Source of the DNA: Macrostomum hystrix
Lineage: Eukaryota; Animalia; Platyhelminthes
Assembly: GCA_950097015.1 (NCBI GenBank)
Contig: CATNEN010000034.1
Coordinates: forward strand, 3,162,001-3,226,000
Reading direction: 5' to 3'
DNA: 64,000 bases
Part shown: positions 58,110 to 64,000 of the stretch, in pieces
How the letters are laid out: every line of letters begins with the position of its first letter
How positions within the stretch are numbered: position 1 is the first letter of the stretch
The notes under the pieces: model-generated
The model's input: only the letters and a program-made list of their open reading frames with translations
Told to the model about the DNA's origin: nothing
Databases searched by the model: none
Position numbers and translations under genes: made by a program

Positions 58110-58680
58110 CACTCTGCCTCACCCAAATCAACCCCTTCACCCACCTCACTCCTTCACACACCTCGCTCCTTCGCCCACCTCACTCCTTCACCCAACTCAC
58201 TCCTTCACCTCCTTATTCCTTCATCCACCCCACTCCGTCACCCATCTCACTCCTTCCCCCACCTCACTCCTTCAACCACCTCACTCCTTCAACCACCTCA
58301 CTCCTTCAACCACCTCACTACTTTACCTACCTCATTCCTTCACCCCCTCACTCCTTCGTCCAACTCACTCCTTCAACATCCTCACTCCTTAAACCACCTT
58401 ACTCCTTCACCCCCTCATTCCTTCATCCACCCCAGCCCTCCAGCCCTCACTCTCTCCCTCTCTCCCCTCACTCTCCCCCTCTCTCCCCTCACTCCCCCCA
58501 CTCTCTCCCCCTCACTCTCTCCCCTCACTCTCTCCCCTCACTCTCTGCCCTCACTCTCTGCTCTCACTCTCTCCCTCTCTCCCCATACTCCCCCTCACTC
58601 TCTGCCCCCACTCTCCCTCACTCTCCCCCTCACTCCCCCCACTCACCCCACTCTCTCCCCCTCACTCTCTCTGCTACTCC
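58110..58680. repeat. Pyrimidine-rich low-complexity array
   Basis: cctcactccttc and ctctccccctca units. Confidence 0.85.
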
Positions 58681-58702
58681 CAGTCGCCTCCAAATCACTC
58701 AC

Positions 58703-58814
58703 CGTTTCTATCGATCTCGGGATTGTACTGACAGACGAATTCCTCCCACCCGTTTTCCACAATGTCAACAAACTCGAGCGCTAGTTTTGCGGCTGGAGCC
58801 GCTGTGACCGTGCC

Positions 58815-58847
<33 letters not shown>

Positions 58848-58886
58848 CTTAAGTCGCGGCATGACAGCGATATCTTGAATAGCCAT
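58703..58886 (-). CDS. Ig/FN3 adhesion protein, exon 1: signal peptide
   Basis: M(P)RLKLLLLLLLLLLFGTVTAA (alternative ATG at 58862); donor 58703|gtgagt (phase 1) matches exon 2. Confidence 0.7.
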
Positions 58887-59417
58887 TTCGAGGCAGCTAA
58901 ATCGAAACAGAAAGCTACTTAAAATTTGTCTTTTTTCCAGTCTGCTGTGCTAACGCTGCTCACACAGTTAATCCCTTTGAATCCGGGGGTTTCTCTGATT
59001 TAGTGACGCGCTGAAAGAAAAACAGAAGCGACACCCTCCTAGGATATTTATTCGGCCTTCCTTTTTATTTCATTTCTTATCTATCCGTGCTTCTAGAAGA
59101 GTGTGGGGAGAGCGCCAGCACCCACCCCAACTCCGCCCGACCGAACCAGTCGCTGGCTTCCTCCAGGGCCCTGCGTCTCATCACTGGCGGTCGACTGTTA
59201 TTCTAAAGAAATTTCTTCTATTCTTTTTGTCTGAAACAGAATAGTAAGCATGTTGCTTCTTTTAGGAAGAAGAATTGAAATTCCCTCCCCCCTTATGCGA
59301 TTGCATTATTTGAGAAAATCCCTTATGCATTTTTAAATGCACAAACTGATTTACTTCGTCCCCTTCATTCTCATTCTTTCTCGACGCTCTCCAATCTTTC
59401 TGTTTGTCAATTAGTTA

Positions 59418-59700
59418 TCCCTCTCTCACCTAACTCTCCCTCTCTCACCTAACTCTCCCTCTCTCACCTAACTCTCCCTCTCTCACCTAACTCTCCCTCT
59501 CTCACCTAACTCTCCCTCTCTCACCTAACTCTCCCTCTCTCACCTAACTCTCCCTCTCTCACCTAACTCTCCCTCTCTCACCTAACTCTCCCTCTCTCAC
59601 CTAACTCTCCCTCTCTCACCTAACTCTCCCTCTCTCACCTAACTCTCCCTCTCTCACCTAACTCTCCCTCTCTCACCTAACTCTCCCTCTCTCACCTAAA
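59418..59700. repeat. 19-bp repeat (ctctccctctctcacctaa), ~14 copies
   Basis: Direct periodicity. Confidence 0.95.
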
Positions 59701-60181
59701 TCTCCCGATCTCTTACTTTTACTTGACCCTACCATGCTATCTCTTTTTTCTGTCTTCTGTACCATTTTAAAATGCGCAGAATTTTTATATTTAATTTTCG
59801 CTTGAAAGACTGTCTTAGTGACTATTCTCCCAGCCTACTCACAGGTCACGGCATTTCTATGTAATAATCTCCTGATTTAAACTACTACTCGGCGCTCGAT
59901 GGCTCGTGACGACTTAAACAAGCACGAAGATTATGATTGAGATTTGTAGATATTTAACAGATTTTACTAATAGCATTATTCATTGTCAAAAAGGTTATTT
60001 AGCTTTTGGCTCTTATTAAAAAAAGTTGAAAAAAGCCGACTACTACAAGTAGCTCGGTCTTTGCTTTGCGAACAATTAAAATTAGTCTATGGCCAAAACA
60101 ATAGAAACTAGGAGCTAATAAAAGAAAGTGATTTGTCAGCAACAGATTAACAATCAAAGTCTGTCTTAGCGAATACCAACA

Positions 60182-61012
60182 ATGTGCGACTCGGGTCAAC
60201 CGCAGGAACCGTCGGCGAGTCGACGCGACAACAACGTCGAGCAGCCTTGCCCGTCGATGCGGCTATCGCTTGACAACAGCGGACCGGGGGGTGAATTCCA
60301 GTGGCTGGTGGCCACACTGCACAGCCTGATGCTGGAGTGTGGATTTACGACTCTGGACGACGATGACGAAGCGAAATCTGAAGCGGAAGTGAAATCTGAA
60401 GCGGAAGTGAAATCTGAAGCGGAAGTGAAATCTGAAGCGGAAGTGAAATCTGAAGCGGAAGTGAAATCTGAAGCGGAAGTGAAATCTGAAGCGGAAGTGA
60501 AATCTGAAGCGGAAGTGAAATCTGAAGCGGAAGTGAAATCTGAAGCGGAAGTGAAATCTGAAGCGGAAGTGAAATCTGAAGCGGAAGTGAAATCTGAAGC
60601 GGAAGTGAAATCTGAAGCGGAAGTGAAATCTGAAGCGGAAGTGAAATCTGAAGTGAAAACTGTTTCGATGGACAAAAGGCCTGAAAAGCTTCAAGCTTCA
60701 AATTTAAATTTGCCAAAGTCGGTTCTAAGCCAGCTGAATCGGTTCAATCACGGTTCCGCTGTTTCAGTCTCCATTCGGTACGCCTACAAGCCATGTCATG
60801 CTTCTACAATAGCGACCACAGGCTATGCACTGCTGAAGGTGGTGCGCGAAGGCAAGCTGGCCGGCTGCCACTGCGGAGTGGCCGCGGCCAGGAGCCAGCC
60901 GGCCGCACCGTGCGCGTCCCGGCACTTCAACGCGGCCAGGTTCTTCGGCAGCGACAACGACTCGCGCACTGGAACTGACCTGCGCGATCTCGAAGTGCAG
61001 TTTAAAGATTCA
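60182..61012 (+). CDS. FBXO7: FBXO7-like protein, exon 1 (FP/PI31-type domain interrupted by EAEVKS repeats)
   Basis: LVATLHSLMLECGF (cf. LIHLLMLESGY) and RDLEVQFKDS (cf. KDLQKLSRLFKD); donor 61012|gtgagt (phase 0). Confidence 0.72.
60380..60649 (+). repeat. 15 perfect in-frame 18-bp repeats (gaagcggaagtgaaatct = EAEVKS)
   Basis: 270 bp exactly, within the ORF. Confidence 0.97.
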
Positions 61013-61019
61013 GTGAGTC

Positions 61020-61205
61020 TATTCCATCAAGCTACTGATGCTGATTCCATCAAGCTGCTGATGCTGATTCCATAAGCTATACAAATTCCACCAAGCTGCT
61101 GATGCTGATTCCATCAAGCTGCTAATGCTGATTCCATCAAGCTACTGACACTGATTCCATCAAGCTGCTGATGCTGATTCCATCAAGCTACTGACACTGA
61201 TTCCA
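61020..61205. repeat. 23-bp repeat (attccatcaagctgctgatgctg), ~8 copies, in the FBXO7-like intron
   Basis: Direct periodicity. Confidence 0.88.
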
Positions 61206-61229
61206 CAAAGCCGTTGAATGCACTCGCAG

Positions 61230-61736
61230 ATCGCTTTGCCAGCCCGGGCAGCCCTCCTGGAGCTAGCCGGTCTGCCTCAGCCTCAGTCTAGTCTGACGGC
61301 GCTGCCACCAGAGCTCCTGCTGAAGGTCCTCCGCAGCTGCTTCAGTTTCGCCGATGTCTGCCGCCTCGGCCAGACATGCAAAGCCTTGGCCGCGCTGCAT
61401 CGCGATGGCTCAGTTTGGCGACCGTTGCTATGGCAACAGTTTGAGTGTCATCCGCCAGCTGGCGCGGACTGCTATGAAGTTTTCAAAAGCCGACACGCGG
61501 AGCGGATTAAGCGAGCGCGGATAATCGCCCGAATGGGCAGTCGGGAGCTGACTCCGCTGCCAAATTCGCTGCTTTTGGCCGCCGCTGCAGCTGCCGCCGC
61601 TGCCACAGCTGCCGCTCTGGACTACAGATTCTCCTCTGGTAGGCACCCGTCGTCTTCTAGTAGATTTGGCAGCGGTCGACGCTCCCTTCAAGAACTGCTG
61701 CCGCCTTCGCCGTACAGTGGAAGCAGTGGCGGCTTC

Positions 61737-61767
<31 letters not shown>

Positions 61768-61823
61768 GGCAGTCAGACTGGGATTCAGGAGAGTTTGCCT
61801 ATCCGCATTTCCGATTTCGATGA
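61230..61823 (+). CDS. FBXO7: FBXO7-like protein, exon 2 (F-box and low-complexity tail)
   Basis: LTALPPELLLKVLRSCFSFADVCRLGQTCKAL...VWRPL is an F-box; acceptor ctcgcag|61230 (phase 0); joined CDS is 474 aa; AATAAA at 61927-61932. Confidence 0.82.
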
Positions 61824-62344
61824 TGAAGGGAAAATTAGTTTTCGTTTAAACATTTTCGTGCTTCCTTGCCAACAGCGGCTGAGTTTTCGCGTTGTCAAGT
61901 TGGCCAAGTTGTATATTTTTACAAAAAATAAACAAAATTCTTTTATTTAGATAAAGTTTGTTTTTATTGTCAATACTTTTGCTTTAAATATTACTGACAG
62001 TAGTGTGCACCGACTACTCGATTACAACTAAGGTCAAAATGAAGTCAATTTAGGAAACAATGAGGTTTTATGTTACATGGTTTCAGTATTACATATTCTT
62101 GGCTGTTTAACAGTAGAATGACAACGCCATTTTCGCCCTGGGGAACGACGACAGGGTAATTCACAATAGCTCCAAAACCAACTGACCGAATTCGTGAAAG
62201 TCCACCATCTGAATCAGCCTGTCAGTCAGTCTCACCCTGTTTATGATGTGCAGGATATAGATGCTAAATATAGTGTATAGTGGACTTTCATTCATATTTA
62301 CAGCCATTGGTGAAAGTTAATTTGAGTTTTCATAATGTGGAATA

Positions 62345-62945
62345 CATTGCATTTGGGATTCTAGGTTTTGGGATTCTTTGAGTTGGGGTTCTAGGAGTTG
62401 GGATTCTAGGAGTTAGGATTCTAGGAGTTGGGATTCTAGGAGCTGGGATTCTAGGAGCGGGGAGGATTCTAGGTTTTGGGATTCTTTGAGTTGGGGTTCT
62501 AGGAGTTGGGATTCTAGGAGTTGGGATTCTAGGAGTTGGGATTCTAGGAGCTGGGATTCTAGGAGCTGGGATTCTAGGAGCTGGGATTCTAGGAGCTGGG
62601 ATTCTAGGAATAGGGATTCCAGGAGTTGGGATTCTAGAAGTCAATTTAGAATTAGGATTCTAAAAGTCGGGAATCTAGGAGTTAGGATTCCAGGAGTTGG
62701 GATTCTAGGAGTTGGGATTCTAGGGGTTGGGATTCTAAGAGTTGGGATTCTAGGGGTTGGGATTCTAGGGGTTGGGATTCTAGGAGTAGGGATTCTTGGG
62801 GTTGGGATTCTAAGATTATAAAAGTGAGGATTCTAGGAAATGGGATTCTAGGAAATGGGATTCCTTGAATTGTGATTCTGCGAATAAGGATTCTAGGATC
62901 ATAGAAGTGAGGATTATTGGAGTTTGGATTCTAGGAGTTAAGATA
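62345..62945. repeat. 15-bp degenerate repeat (gggattctaggagtt)
   Basis: Recurring ggattctag core. Confidence 0.92.
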
Positions 62946-63259
62946 GTTGATTAGGGATTCTTCCAGTCCGCAGACTCTTTTCTCGCCTCAATCTTCGTTT
63001 TCCTCTCGCAAAAGTTTCTAACTTTACTTTGGTATGCGCAGCCTACAAACGCGTGAGGCGCTGGGCCAGTTCTAGCAAAAGTGCACGGAGTTTGAAGTGC
63101 TTCCTCTAGCGATCAGACTATTAGACTATTTAAAAAAGCGACAGAGACTGAAAAAAGATGAAAAGTCTAAATTAGAAGTCAGTTTTAGCTGTCAATGGCC
63201 TGCCACTTTGTATTAGGCAGACCTGATTAGCAGAAACGGCACCGATCAGCCATCTCTGA

Positions 63260-63294
<35 letters not shown>

Positions 63295-63767
63295 GACAGA
63301 CCGAGTAGTATCTACCAATTGGCTAGCCAGCCCCCCTCCAATGTCCCCACGAGCCAATCAGAGTTGGTGCAGTGTGAAATAGAGCAGTAGAAAGGCGGAG
63401 ACTTCATGGTGAGTTGTAGTCAATATCGAAGACTTCTATAATAGTAAAATTTGTCGATTAAAATTTTCCTAGAAAAGCCTTTCTTCTTAATCCCCGCAAA
63501 ACATTCTTAGATCGGATTGCAAACAATTGCACAGGTGAGTAATCTGTTCGCTGTATAAAAGTGCACACTGGTAGTTTATCGTGTCATCACATTGACAAAC
63601 AGTTAAAATCTAAAAGAAAGCCATTCGTAAACTTTTTGCTCATGGCTTTTGTTTTTTTCAAAACGTTTGCCACTTTTTCCTTGATTTCATCAAAAATATA
63701 TTAAACATGTATTCGTTTATTAAAAAAAAATTATTAACTCATTATGAAAACATCATCATGGTCGTAG

Positions 63768-64000
63768 TGGACGAAGTACACAAGGATTTGGAGTAATAGA
63801 TGAAGTACACAAGGATTTGGAGTAATAGATGAAGTACACAAGGATTTGGAGTAATAGATGAAGTACACAAGGATTTGGAGTAATAGATGAAGTACACAAG
63901 GATTTGGAGTAATAGATGAAGTACACAAGGATTTGGAGTAATAGATGAAGTACACAAGGATTTGGAGTGGTGGATGAAGTACACAAGGATTTGGAGTGGT
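63768..64000. repeat. 29-bp repeat (gatgaagtacacaaggatttggagtaata), runs off the window end
   Basis: Direct periodicity. Confidence 0.93.

Overview
Eukaryotic (animal) genomic DNA: GC-rich exons are separated by AT-rich introns and spacers, and roughly a third of the window is tandem repeat. The NPF-type peptides and overall style suggest a free-living flatworm such as Macrostomum (inference only). Supported genes: (1) the 3' part of a ROR-family receptor (+; Frizzled CRD, shrunken kringle, TM, kinase-like domain with the catalytic Lys replaced by Arg); (2) two tandem, intronless NPY/NPF-like precursor genes (-) encoding 2 and 3 long NPF-type amidated peptides respectively, the most unusual feature of the window; (3) CWF19L1 (-, 3 exons, 575 aa); (4) an intact BEL/Pao LTR retrotransposon with apparently identical 315-bp LTRs, a 5-bp TSD, a repeat-expanded Gag and a C-tract where the polypurine tract should be; (5) a ~23-kb multi-exon gene (-) for a signal peptide + several Ig + FN3 + GPI-signal adhesion protein, with its middle exons unresolved; (6) an FBXO7-like gene (+) with 15 perfect EAEVKS repeats, each creating a VKSE SUMO-consensus motif. 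Two SINE families, a MITE-like foldback and about 30 minisatellite arrays fill the rest. Exon boundaries were deduced by hand from GT/AG and phase matching; no searches were run.
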